Shown here: piece after piece, positions 24,990-35,658 of the stretch
How positions within the stretch are numbered: position 1 is the first letter of the stretch
Layout of the letters: every line of letters begins with the position of its first letter
DNA from: Octopus bimaculoides
Taxonomy: Eukaryota
Reading direction: 5' to 3'
Assembly: GCF_001194135.2 (NCBI RefSeq)
Contig: NC_069006.1
Span: forward strand, 13,446,401-13,497,611
DNA: 51,211 bases
Notes under the pieces: generated by a model
The model's input: the letters and a program-made list of their open reading frames with translations, nothing else
What the model was told of the DNA's origin: nothing
The model's database searches: none
Program-made: the position numbers and the translations under genes

Positions 24990-25795
24990 CCTCCATTAAA
25001 TCCCAGGTCTTGTGTCAGGCATTTTCCAAGGACCAACCATAATACTTGCCTAAATCATTATGTCTCCTCCCCCTTGTTGGCATCTCAAGCATTAATGAGG
25101 ATTTCATCCATTCTTTGTTTCAACCACCAGGCTCATCAAGGGTAGAACGAGTTTCGTCCATAAAACTTTTGAGAAGTCGACCTTCATACTATCTTCTGCC
25201 CTTTCAGATGATTTTGTTTAAAGGAGTCCTTTTAATTGATGCTATTGATTTTCCAACCATTTTCAGAAGATGACATCGGGTAGTTCTGGACAAAGTTGTG
25301 TCACCAATACGCTTGAAAAGTTCACCACTTGTAAGACCTGGGTTCTTTAAAGCTTCACACTTAATTTGTGACAGAGAACGTTGAGAAACAGCCCTCCACT
25401 GACCCTTGTCAGCTCTCTAATATATCTTCATAGGAGACGTAACAAATTTTTTCACAATTTGGTGATATCTTCCAATTATTTAAAATATTTCTAATGTTGA
25501 TTTACCCTTTTCAGGTTCAGAAGTAATAACAGATTTCTCTGAAGCAATTAAGTAATATTTATTACCCATAATTACATGAATACCAGACCGCTCGTTAATA
25601 ATTTGGAACACTGAAAATTCGTGGAAATCAGGCAAATGGCCATAGCTTATTTATACTTGTGCAAAACCTCATGTTTTTTATACACCACGTGCATGTAACT
25701 GTTGTCATCATTCTGTAGAAATTTCATTGAATTTCAACAAGTAGTTTTTAAATAAAATAAAAAATGTTATGTCGTTAATAATTTGAAACGCAGTG
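24990..25795 (-). mobile_element. 5' half of a Tc1-family (DD34E-type) transposon with IR/DR terminal repeat
   Basis: Minus frames: RADKG..SQRSLSQIKCEALKNPGLTS.ELF, MKVDFSKVLWT.ETRSTLDEPGG and RCQQGGGDIMI*AS..VGP. The terminus CACTGCGTTTCAAATTATTAACG is at 25795, with an inner direct repeat at 25593-25613. Confidence 0.85.
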
Positions 25796-26777
25796 TGTAC
25801 ACACACACACACATGTGCATCTTTATGTATTCATACTTAAGCTGTGCTTGCTCTTCTGTGAAGTGCATATGATGTTCATGTGAATGTACCTTGTATGTGT
25901 TGCTTACACAGAGTGCATTCTGTCGAAATGCACCACTTACCTCTCTGTCTCTTTTACCCACCTTCTCCACCTCCTGTCACAGACTCCAATACATTTCTGC
26001 CCACCCACAGTGACCTCCACTGTTAACACTAAACACTTCATAATTCTGACCATTCCTTATCAACTTAGCTCTTTACATTCTCAGCCATGTTTGCCTGGTC
26101 TCAAATCATTTTCCCCTCTACCTTCCCTGCTGTTTTGTGTGTCTCTGTGTTCGTGTGTGTTCATTTGTCCATCAGTTCCTTTTTCTCTGCCTTATTAATA
26201 TAAACCCCACCAACCTCTCTTGACATAGCCCTTAACTCCCATTTCAACTGATCTACATCTTGTTATAAATTAGCTACCATCTACTGCCACACTCCCACTC
26301 TTTAATTCCTCCTCCTCCTGTGACACTCTACAAACCTGTTTCCTTGGGTTTCAGATTTTACTACTCTAACACGTGTGTACACACATACTTGTACATGTGT
26401 TTATATTCTCTCAGAAAAACAACACACACATACAAATACACTCTCACACACACATACATAAAATGTTCCATGCCTGTTCATTTTTATTTTGTTGGACTTG
26501 CTCCTTTTACTCCTTTTCTCCTTCCCCCTCTCTCTCTTTCAAGGATGAGAAAGCACTGACTGTGCTGAGAGAGATGGAAGAGAAAAAGACAGTATTATAA
26601 ACAGAGATAGATTAGGTAGATGGGTGGGTGGGAGTAATTTGCATATGATATGAAAATGATGGGAAATGTTGATAGGGTTTGGGTCATCACAAGGTTATAG
26701 TAAAAGAGGTGGAGGGAGAATTTGATTGACACAGAAGAGAGAGGGGAAAATACACACACACACGAATATATAGTCTT

Positions 26778-27095
26778 TTATTTTTTTACTTGTTTCAGTC
26801 GTTTGACTGCAGCCATGGTGGAGCACCGTCTTTAGTTGAACAAATCGACCACAGGACTTACTCTTTGTAAGCCTAGTATTTATTCTATTGGTCTCTTTTG
26901 CCAAACCGCTAAGTGACAGAAACGTAAACACACCAACATCGGTTTTCAAGCAATGGTGAGGGGCTTCTTTCAGTTTCTGTCTACCAAGGCTTTGGTTGTC
27001 CTGAGGCTATAGTAGGCGATACTTGCCCAAGGTGCCATGCAATGGGACTGAACCTGGAATCCGAGCTTCTTACCACACAGTCACTCCTGTGCCTA
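26778..27095 (-). mobile_element. SINE family B with middle deletion
   Basis: The 3' half is joined directly to the head region, ending cacacagtcactcctgtgcc. Confidence 0.88.
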
Positions 27096-27107
27096 TATAT
27101 ATATATA

Positions 27108-27375
27108 TAAATTGTAAATCCCAAAAATAACAACAAAACTACAAAGGATTCCGCGGTACACGTGTTTCAAGCTTTATATGTGTATAATATAATATGTGTA
27201 TAATTTACAATGTAAAGCTATCCTCAGCCGCAAAAATTATTTCTCTCCCAGGAAATTATACCACCTCGGCGTTGAAGTAGGAAGAAAGGTGTGATGTAAG
27301 AGGTGAAGATCCTTTCGGTATTCTGTATAGTACTATACCTCGTATAATTCTCCACCCAGACATAATCTCTCTAAT
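27108..27375 (-). mobile_element. Solo pLTR/mini-element of about 270 bp carrying an HHR, between two (TA)n tracts
   Basis: A complex sequence bounded by TA repeats at about 27095-27108 and 27373-27400; it contains the HHR at 27152-27232. Confidence 0.65.
27152..27232 (-). ncRNA. Type I hammerhead ribozyme motif
   Basis: tgcgg-CTGAGGA-t-agcttta...taaagct-t-GAAA-CACGTG-TA-ccgcg. Stem I is 4-5 bp, stem II is 7 bp, stem III is the palindrome ACACGTGT, and GUA cleavage is predicted between 27157 and 27156. Confidence 0.8.
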
Positions 27376-27793
27376 ATATATATATATATATATATATTAT
27401 ATACATCTAAATTTTTTGCTATTTAAGCAACCAGTAAAACATACATTTTTCAGTTTGAAAATGGTTATTTGAAGCTTGAAACTCATAAACAGAACAACTT
27501 ACTGAAAACATTATTATTAAAATAGAAATCTTCCCCCACCAAAAAGCCATCTCTACTCATTTTCTGAAATACACCCACCCACCCACAGACACAGAAAGAA
27601 AGAGAACAGAAGAGAATAATAAAAAAGTGGGGGTGGAATTGAAATGAGAATAACTGAAAGAAGACGAAATGAAACATAAAAGGAAAATAAAGAAGCAGAA
27701 ATATTAGTGCTGACTGAAAGGGAAGAGAAATATCATTTCTTATGGGTACTTTGCTAGTGTATACACAAACACACACTCACACACACAAGCATG

Positions 27794-27832
<39 letters not shown>

Positions 27833-28267
27833 GCACTTTAAGCTTGATAGTCTGAAGTGTGAAGGAATGTGTATACCTGTTTGTTTCCATACATGTTCCT
27901 CTCTCTGTGTCTTTCTTAATCCAGTTTATGCTTCTGATACACACTTAATCTACTCAGTGAAATGTTTATGTAGATATATATATGTGTGTGTGTTTGTATA
28001 TNNNNNNNNNNNNNNNNNNNNNNNNNNNNNNNNNNNNNNNNNNNNNNNNNNNNNNNNNNNNNNNNNNNNNNNNNNNNNNNNNNNNNNNNNNNNNNNNNNN
28101 NNNNNNNNNNNNNNNNNNNNNNNNNNNNNNNNNNNNNNNNNNNNNNNNNNNNNNNNNNNNNNNNNNNNNNNNNNNNNNNNNNNNNNNNNNNNNNNNNNNN
28201 NNNNNNNNNNNNNNNNNNNNNNNNNNNNNNNNNNNNNNNNNNNNNNNNNNNNNNNNNTATATATATA

Positions 28268-28500
28268 TGTGTGTGTGTGTGTGTGTGCGTCTTTGTGTTT
28301 GTACCTCTACCACCACTTGACAACCGATGTTGGTGTGTTTAAATTTCCATAACTAAGCAGTTCAGCAAAGGAACTGCTAGAATAAGGACCAAGCTTAAAA
28401 ACATAAAAACTGGGGTCAATTCATTCAACTAAAGGTTCTTCAAGGCAATGCCCCAGCATAGCCACAGTCTGAGACTGAAACAAGTGAAAGAGTAAAACTG
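28268..28500 (+). mobile_element. SINE family B, 3' half
   Basis: cttgacaaccgatgttggtgtgttt...gccccagcatagccacagtc..gactgaaacaagt. Confidence 0.8.
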
Positions 28501-28837
28501 CAAAAAAGAAAAGATGGTTCTATTTAATTGAAGCCATTTTTATATTCTGTGTTCAAATCCCAGATGCTTTAACTCTTAAATCTAATTCCAGTTCTAATGA
28601 TGGTCTCTGGTGGCATGGACACACGGCCACACACAGACTTGGAATTTTTGATGGGAAGCAACTACTAATGCCAATATAATCAATTATTGGCCAATATTCT
28701 ATTCTGTTAGTCCCAGAAGCATAAATGGAAAGTTAGCCTCAGCAGAATTTGAACTGGGAACATAAAGAAATGTAATTAAACATTTTGTCTGTTGTTCTAC
28801 CAATTTTTTCTGCATTAAATCTTCTTGTTAACCCAAA

Positions 28838-29070
28838 TCATCATCATCATTTTAAAGTCCATTTTTCCATGCTTGGATGGGTCACATAAAGTTTATTTGA
28901 GGCAGATTTTCTATGGCTGGATGCTTTTCCTGTCACCAACTTTCACCTATTCTGAGTAAGGTAATATTTCCTCCATGGCCAGACACTCTCACAAAATACT
29001 GGAAATGAAGGACACAGCTTGTATGACCGTGACACTCATTTACAACTATCAAACAATGTCATGACCAGGT
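28838..29070 (-). mobile_element. 3' half of an RTE-tailed SINE (as at 7700-7943)
   Basis: catcatcattttaaagtccatttttccatgcttg...gcagattttctatggctggatgc... Confidence 0.7.
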
Positions 29071-29112
29071 CACACACACACACACACACACTCGCATATA
29101 TGTATATATATA

Positions 29113-29351
29113 AATCAAAGTGTACTGTATTATATATCCATTAAGGTCGATCTTACCAATAGGGTGTTAGGTAACAGTCTGACTATGTAACACTGTGCTC
29201 ATCAGAGGTAGCTGTTATCTTTAATGTCTACCTCTGATGAACGCAAGGTTACATAATCAGACAGTTACCTAACACTCCATTGAACCCCTAGCATGAAACC
29301 AATTAGTAAGATCAACTGTAATGGATATATATAATACTGTACACTTTGATT
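29113..29351. repeat. Long imperfect inverted repeat (arms about 100 and 125 bp, 16-nt spacer) of a pLTR-like sequence
   Basis: The left arm 29113-29211 is the reverse complement of the right arm 29228-29351, apart from a deletion of about 20 nt. Confidence 0.9.
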
Positions 29352-29714
29352 AATATACTCACTCTATTGACAAATATACGAGTGCCTTTTTTCCCGACTT
29401 ATGGACTCTTAGACGACTTACATATATATGTATGTATAGACTGAAAATTGTTTGGAGACACAGGTCACGTTATATAAATCTGCTTGATCTCAGTGTGTCC
29501 ATGCCAAGAAACTATTAGTTGCTGCTATTTTAAATAATGTCTACCCTAAATTCTGTATATATGTTGTAAACAAACTTATAAGCATTGAGTGTGTTGGTAT
29601 TCTGTAGAAAGTAAAAGAATTCTAAAGCGCAGGATGGCTTAGAATATCAGGTAAAGGCACTTTAGAAGACAGAATCAAGTGGCCAGGACTCATGGATACA
29701 GAAGTAGAAAGATA

Positions 29715-30110
29715 TGCACAAGCTTCTTTTACTTCCAGTCTTACAAGGCTTTTGGTCAACCTAAGGCTGTAGTGGAAGACGCTTGCCCAAGGTGCTGTGC
29801 AGTGGGGCTGAACCCACGATCACAATGTTGGCCAGCAAACTGCTTTACCACACAGCCATTCCTTTGCCAAATCATCATCATTTAACGTCCGCTTTCCATG
29901 TTGGCATGGGTTAGATGCTTTATTTGAAATTGGTAACTCAGAGACCTGCACCAAGTTCCAATCTGCTGTGGCATGGTGTCCTTACACTGACCACTCCAAG
30001 AGGGTAATGGGTACCTTTTACATGTCACCAGCATGGGTAATTTTATGTGCCACCAGCATGAGTGCCAGTTACGTGACGCCGGCATCAGCCACGACTTGGC
30101 TTGCCGAGTT
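29715..30110 (-). mobile_element. SINE family B head (29715-29870) abutting an RTE 3' tail fragment (29872-30110)
   Basis: Head ttgcccaaggtgc..gcagtggggctgaaccc, and tail catcatttaacgtccgctttccatgttggcatggg. Confidence 0.8.
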
Positions 30111-30640
30111 TTCAAATTTATTTATTGTTTACAAATAATTTTTATTTTAAACAATTGGTTTTCAAATTTACAATCTGGAGTTTTAAACCTTCAAGTTCTG
30201 AGTTCATATTACACTAGAGTCAACTTTGTCTCTCCTTTCTTCAGGGTCAATAGAATATCAATCAGGCAAGGACTTTGGTCAACTTTATCAAATGTACAGC
30301 ACCCCCCCCCCATTCCATACATTTGTGGTTTTAGGTCAAAACTCACAAATCACAAATGTTTATCAGGTTTTGATATCCTTCACCTCTTTTACAGGTTCTC
30401 ATTCATCATTTCTGGTGAAATCTCAAATTCTTAATTCTTTACAAGCATCATCTGTTTAAAATTTCATTTCCTTTACAATGTTATCATGAAAAAAATCTAA
30501 TTTCTTTTATGTTTGTAGGGATTAAACTTTATAATGCCTTTTTATATATATGTATATATATATATAAACCTTAATCCCCAAATTATGTTCTATTTCATGC
30601 TTCCATGTAATTTATTTTGGAGTTTTTGATTCATATTGTG

Positions 30641-30964
30641 ACAGGCGTGGCTGTGTGGTTGAGAAGCTTTCTTCTCAACCACACGGTCCTGGGTTCATGC
30701 CTATGGATGTCAGCCCTGGGATTTACAGAAACATGTAAGGGACAGGCTACACTGCATCTAATTTTGTGAATATAACAAGGACGGATAAGGGTTCAGAGAG
30801 GGGCCGGGCATGGCTGCATGGGAAGAAGCTTGTTTCCCAACCACATGTTTCTGGATTCAGTCCCACTGCATGACACCTTGGGCAAGTGTCTTCTACTACA
30901 GCCTCAGGCTGACCGAAACCTTGTGAGTGGATTTGGTAAATGGAAGCTGAAAGAAACCCATCGC

Positions 30965-31010
<46 letters not shown>

Positions 31011-31036
31011 ATGTATATGTTTGTGTGTCTGTGTTT
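30641..31036 (+). mobile_element. Composite: SINE B head fragment, then repeat C unit, then a second SINE B 5' half
   Basis: ggcgtggctgtgtggttgagaagc (30641-30700), repeat C (30707-30801), and gcatggctgcatgg.aagaagcttg...ttgggcaagtgtc (from 30803). Confidence 0.8.
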
Positions 31037-31677
31037 NNNNNNNNNNNNNNNNNNNNNNNNNNNNNNNNNNNNNNNNNNNNNNNNNNNNNNNNNNNNNNNN
31101 NNNNNNNNNNNNNNNNNNNNNNNNNNNNNNNNNNNNNNNNNNNNNNNNNNNNNNNNNNNNNNNNNNNNNNNNNNNNNNNNNNNNNNNNNNNNNNNNNNNN
31201 NNNNNNNNNNNNNNNNNNNNNNNNNNNNNNNNNNNNNNNNNNNNNNNNNNNNNNNNNNNNNNNNNNNNNNNNNNNNNNNNNNNNNNNNNNNNNNNNNNNN
31301 NNNNNNNNNNNNNNNNNNNNNNNNNNNNNNNNNNNNNNNNNNNNNNNNNNNNNNNNNNNNNNNNNNNNNNNNNNNNNNNNNNNNNNNNNNNNNNNNNNNN
31401 NNNNNNNNNNNNNNNNNNNNNNNNNNNNNNNNNNNNNNNNNNNNNNNNNNNNNNNNNNNNNNNNNNNNNNNNNNNNNNNNNNNNNNNNNNNNNNNNNNNN
31501 NNNNNNNNNNNNNNNNNNNNNNNNNNNNNNNNNNNNNNNNNNNNNNNNNNNNNNNNNNNNNNNNNNNNNNNNNNNNNNNNNNNNNNNNNNNNNNNNNNNN
31601 NNNNNNNNNNNNNNNNNNNACCTGACAACTAAAATCCCAATAAATAACTAAAGCAGAGAAATGGTTTCTCGTTTCAG

Positions 31678-31843
31678 GTTCTGCCCCAGCGTCTTCATTT
31701 ATCTGCTCAGCGTTGTTCCTGCCATTTGGTTCCTGGAACTCTACGAAATGGAAAAACGGATTCAGAAAGACATTAACTCAACATTGACCGTTTTTAACGA
31801 ATCTACCCAGGACCTACACGCTCATTTAGGACGGTTTCTTGGG
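31678..31843 (+). CDS. TMEM26: TMEM26-like gene, internal coding exon (probably exon 2): (W)FCPSVFIYLLSVVPAIWFLELYEMEKRIQKDINSTLTVFNESTQDLHAHLGRFLG
   Basis: Acceptor tttcag|G at 31677/31678 (phase 2, completes a TGG Trp) and donor GGG|gtaatt at 31843. The translation matches the TMEM26 family motif W-F-x-P-x-V-F-x-Y-L-x-x-x-V-P-A-I-W-x-L-E-L. Confidence 0.88.
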
Positions 31844-32529
31844 GTAATTCAGCTTTGATCATTCTCTCTTCTTCTCAACATTTATTTCATAAGCCAAACA
31901 AGGATGCTTTTATACGGATGTCTCTGTATGCTAGAAATAACAGCTAGGTTCCTTCAAATTGCACCATATCCTCCTCATCATCATTTAATGTCTTATCTTC
32001 ATGACTTGACTACGCCAAGCAGTATAAAAGAAGAGAACATTGGATGATGTAGTCTTAGATATATTTAAAAAAATAAGACAGGATGGTCATGAGTGGAACC
32101 TGTTTGATCATGTTTACTCAGTCATAACTGATTTAAGACTTAACAACAACAACAACCTCTGTTTTTCCCCTTCGACTGCAATCATATTTTCTGTGACTTT
32201 AACTATTTTTCAATATATTTCATCAAATTTAAAATACTCTGTTGATTATTTGTTTTAGTTATTGCATTGTGACCATACTGGAGCAATGTGCTGAAAATTT
32301 TTGTTTATGTTGATCTCCATTTGTCAAGCCACTAAGTTATGGCTTAAAAACAATACATTAGATATTAACATTAGCAATTTCCGTAGGGAAGGTCTTATTA
32401 AGTAATCGATGGTTTCTAATGTTTTATCCTTAATTTAAGGATAAAGGAGATTCTGATGGGTCATTGGCGGGAAGAATAAGCATTATAAGTGATTCCACTG
32501 AAGAAAATCTACCCCCCCCCACTTATCAA

Positions 32530-32703
32530 TGAATATTAGTTTCAAATTTTGGCACAAGGCCAGCAATTTTTCAAGAATGAGTGAGTCGGTTACGTTGACT
32601 CCATTACCTTTTATTTTTATCGGGGTCAACGAAATAAGTAGCAGTTGAGCAAAATCGACCTTGCTAGAATTTGAACTCAGAACATAAAGACAGATGCAAA
32701 GCT
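32530..32703 (-). mobile_element. SINE family A with an internal inverted segment
   Basis: The minus-strand copy (gtttcaaattttggcacaaggccagc...gaatttgaactcagaac) contains + oriented cggggtcaacgaaataagtagcagttgagc. Confidence 0.7.
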
Positions 32704-33418
32704 NNNNNNNNNNNNNNNNNNNNNNNNNNNNNNNNNNNNNNNNNNNNNNNNNNNNNNNNNNNNNNNNNNNNNNNNNNNNNNNNNNNNNNNNNNNNNNNNN
32801 NNNNNNNNNNNNNNNNNNNNNNNNNNNNNNNNNNNNNNNNNNNNNNNNNNNNNNNNNNNNNNNNNNNNNNNNNNNNNNNNNNNNNNNNNNNNNNNNNNNN
32901 NNNNNNNNNNNNNNNNNNNNNNNNNNNNNNNNNNNNNNNNNNNNNNNNNNNNNNNNNNNNNNNNNNNNNNNNNNNNNNNNNNNNNNNNNNNNNNNNNNNN
33001 NNNNNNNNNNNNNNNNNNNNNNNNNNNNNNNNNNNNNNNNNNNNNNNNNNNNNNNNNNNNNNNNNNNNNNNNNNNNNNNNNNNNNNNNNNNNNNNNNNNN
33101 NNNNNNNNNNNNNNNNNNNNNNNNNNNNNNNNNNNNNNNNNNNNNNNNNNNNNNNNNNNNNNNNNNNNNNNNNNNNNNNNNNNNNNNNNNNNNNNNNNNN
33201 NNNNNNNNNNNNNNNNNNNNNNNNNNNNNNNNNNNNNNNNNNNNNNNNNNNNNNNGAACAAATATTTCCCAAATTTTATTTTATACCAAATTCTAAACAA
33301 CATTCAAATCCATTTTTTATTCTTTTACTCTTTTTAGGCCATGCTTTTACTGTGGCCATGCTGAAGCATTGGCAGTCTTTATAATCATATTTTTATTATT
33401 TTTTGTTACATTGGGCAG

Positions 33419-33628
33419 ATGAAGTTTGAGATCCATATTCCACTGAGGCTTTCATCAGACCAATGGATTCGCACATTGGAACAGTTCCTCTTACTTCTGC
33501 TCATTCTTGGACGGTGGCTCCTTCCCAAAGGTAAATTGACGCATGACCAACTCTCACAGCTTCTCTTGGTTTATATTGGAACAGCAGCTGACATCGTGGA
33601 ATTCTTCGACGCTTTCAAAGAGAAGGAA
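33419..33628 (+). CDS. TMEM26: TMEM26-like gene, coding exon: MKFEIHIPLRLSSDQWIRTLEQFLLLLLILGRWLLPKGKLTHDQLSQLLLVYIGTAADIVEFFDAFKEKE
   Basis: Contains the TMEM26 hallmark EQ..LL.LI.GRWLLPKG.LT.DQLSQLLLVYIGTAADI.EFF. Acceptor gggcag|ATG and donor GAA|gtatgt are both phase 0, in frame with the neighbouring exons. Confidence 0.93.
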
Positions 33629-33917
33629 GTATGTTGTGTGCTTAAATATCATTATCATCACCATCACCATCATAATAATATCAATATTATTAATAATAAT
33701 AATAATACTGAAAATAATCAGAATTCCCTTGTACTACTGTGAAGGATTTTTACTCTTTCAAATACATGGGGGAAGGGTTTACCCAAATATTCTTGTTATT
33801 GGTGGACATTCTCTGCATGTTTGTATACATTGCACATCTTTGTAGGTAGACAAGCTATATGGATGTTTGTGTGTGTGTGTGTACATATATATATAATACA
33901 TGTGTGTGTGTATCTAT

Positions 33918-33976
<59 letters not shown>

Positions 33977-34535
33977 AAGTCAGTAAATGGTGGAGTTGTG
34001 TTAACCGCACGTGGAGAAATAATAGGAAAATAAAAAATAATAATAATAATAATAAAGAACAAAAATAAAAACCCTAAATTCCTTATATTCCCTACACAAG
34101 AAAGAATCAACAAGGAGAATCTTTTTATAGAGAAATTCCAAACGCTTCTTAACATACAAACCCCTCGGTGACCATATTCCCTTCTCTCGCCTACCCAATG
34201 AAATACATATAAGTTTACTTCTTGTTTCTCTAAGAGCAGACATAAACTTCCTGTTGACAAAGAGTCCAGAACTCCAACTAAAGAGTATAAAACCCACAGA
34301 ATTGTCTTCTCTTACATACACTTCCTGTTTTGACACCACACTTCCTGTTTAACACATAAACTCTCAGCCTTTTTTAAACACTACATGATTCTTAATTCCA
34401 TGCATCCTAATCTATCTAACAATTATCTACATGGATTACCATTGAACTTTAAAAACTCAAAGACAATATAATGTATTGGTATATTTATTTTTTTATATAT
34501 TTTTTATATTTTTGTAAAAAACATTATTTTCATTT
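33977..34535 (+). mobile_element. 5' part of the TA-anchored inverted-end element (partner of 2033-2621)
   Basis: Starts (TA)n-aagtcagtaaatggtggagttgtgttaaccgc, runs into the gap, and (TA)n resumes after the gap. Confidence 0.8.
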
Positions 34536-35623
34536 NNNNNNNNNNNNNNNNNNNNNNNNNNNNNNNNNNNNNNNNNNNNNNNNNNNNNNNNNNNNNNNNN
34601 NNNNNNNNNNNNNNNNNNNNNNNNNNNNNNNNNNNNNNNNNNNNNNNNNNNNNNNNNNNNNNNNNNNNNNNNNNNNNNNNNNNNNNNNNNNNNNNNNNNN
34701 NNNNNNNNNNNNNNNNNNNNNNNNNNNNNNNNNNNNNNNNNNNNNNNNNNNNNNNNNNNNNNNNNNNNNNNNNNNNNNNNNNNNNNNNNNNNNNNNNNNN
34801 NNNNNNNNNNNNNNNNNNNNNNNNNNNNNNNNNNNNNNNATATATATATATATATATATATAATACATGTGTGTGTGTGTGTGTACGCCTAGTTAGAATA
34901 GAGGCAGCTGATGAAGGAATAATTCCAAGTGGCTATCTGTTTTCCTATGGGTTCGTTCCATTGTCTGTAGTTCATTTTTTTAACATCCTGTACCCTGATA
35001 TGCATCTATATACACATGTAAATGTAAGTATGTACATATATGTGTGTATACATGCATATATATATTCTTTGTATTATATATATATAATATATGACACACA
35101 CGCAGATATACGGTATTGTAAAGGGAAGACATAATGATAAAACTCTTCCCTGTGCATCCTGGAATTAAAAGAAAATGCATTACAGCTGCCATCATATGTG
35201 ATGACAAGTCTGGTGATAGTAAAAAGAAGGACAAAGAAATTCTCTTGTGTATCTCCACAAAGAAACAAAAATAAGTCAACCATGTCTACTGACTTTCTGC
35301 CTCACTGAAGACATTGGTTGATCTTCACAGGGAAAGACGATCAATTCAGGGCAGTGTTCAGAGGTGATGGTGGCTCTCTGGAAAGACTCTTTCTTTCTCT
35401 CCTTTTCCTATTCTTTCTTTTGTTTCTTCTTCTTAATTATTTATCTAGAGTGTCCAATCTGATTTAACTATCTGTTTTATATTCAAACCAACTATTTAAA
35501 AAAAAAAAGAAAAAAATCACCCCACCAAAATCTCAACACTACATGATAATCCCAGATTAATTCAAAATAATGTAAATAAATAAAGCTTACATTTGACAGA
35601 GTAATCTAAATGCTAGAGTTATA

Positions 35624-35654
<31 letters not shown>

Positions 35655-35658
<4 letters not shown>

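Noticed and set aside
31654-31677. gag aaa tg|gtttctcgtttcag|g looks like exon 1 ending KW plus a 14-nt intron
   Set aside because: 14 nt is too short to splice, and that frame has a stop six codons upstream.
31661-31858. ORF-track ATG at 31661 as the TMEM26 start
   Set aside because: Homology begins only at the acceptor (31678); MVSRF is intronic and the N-terminal TM segments would be missing.
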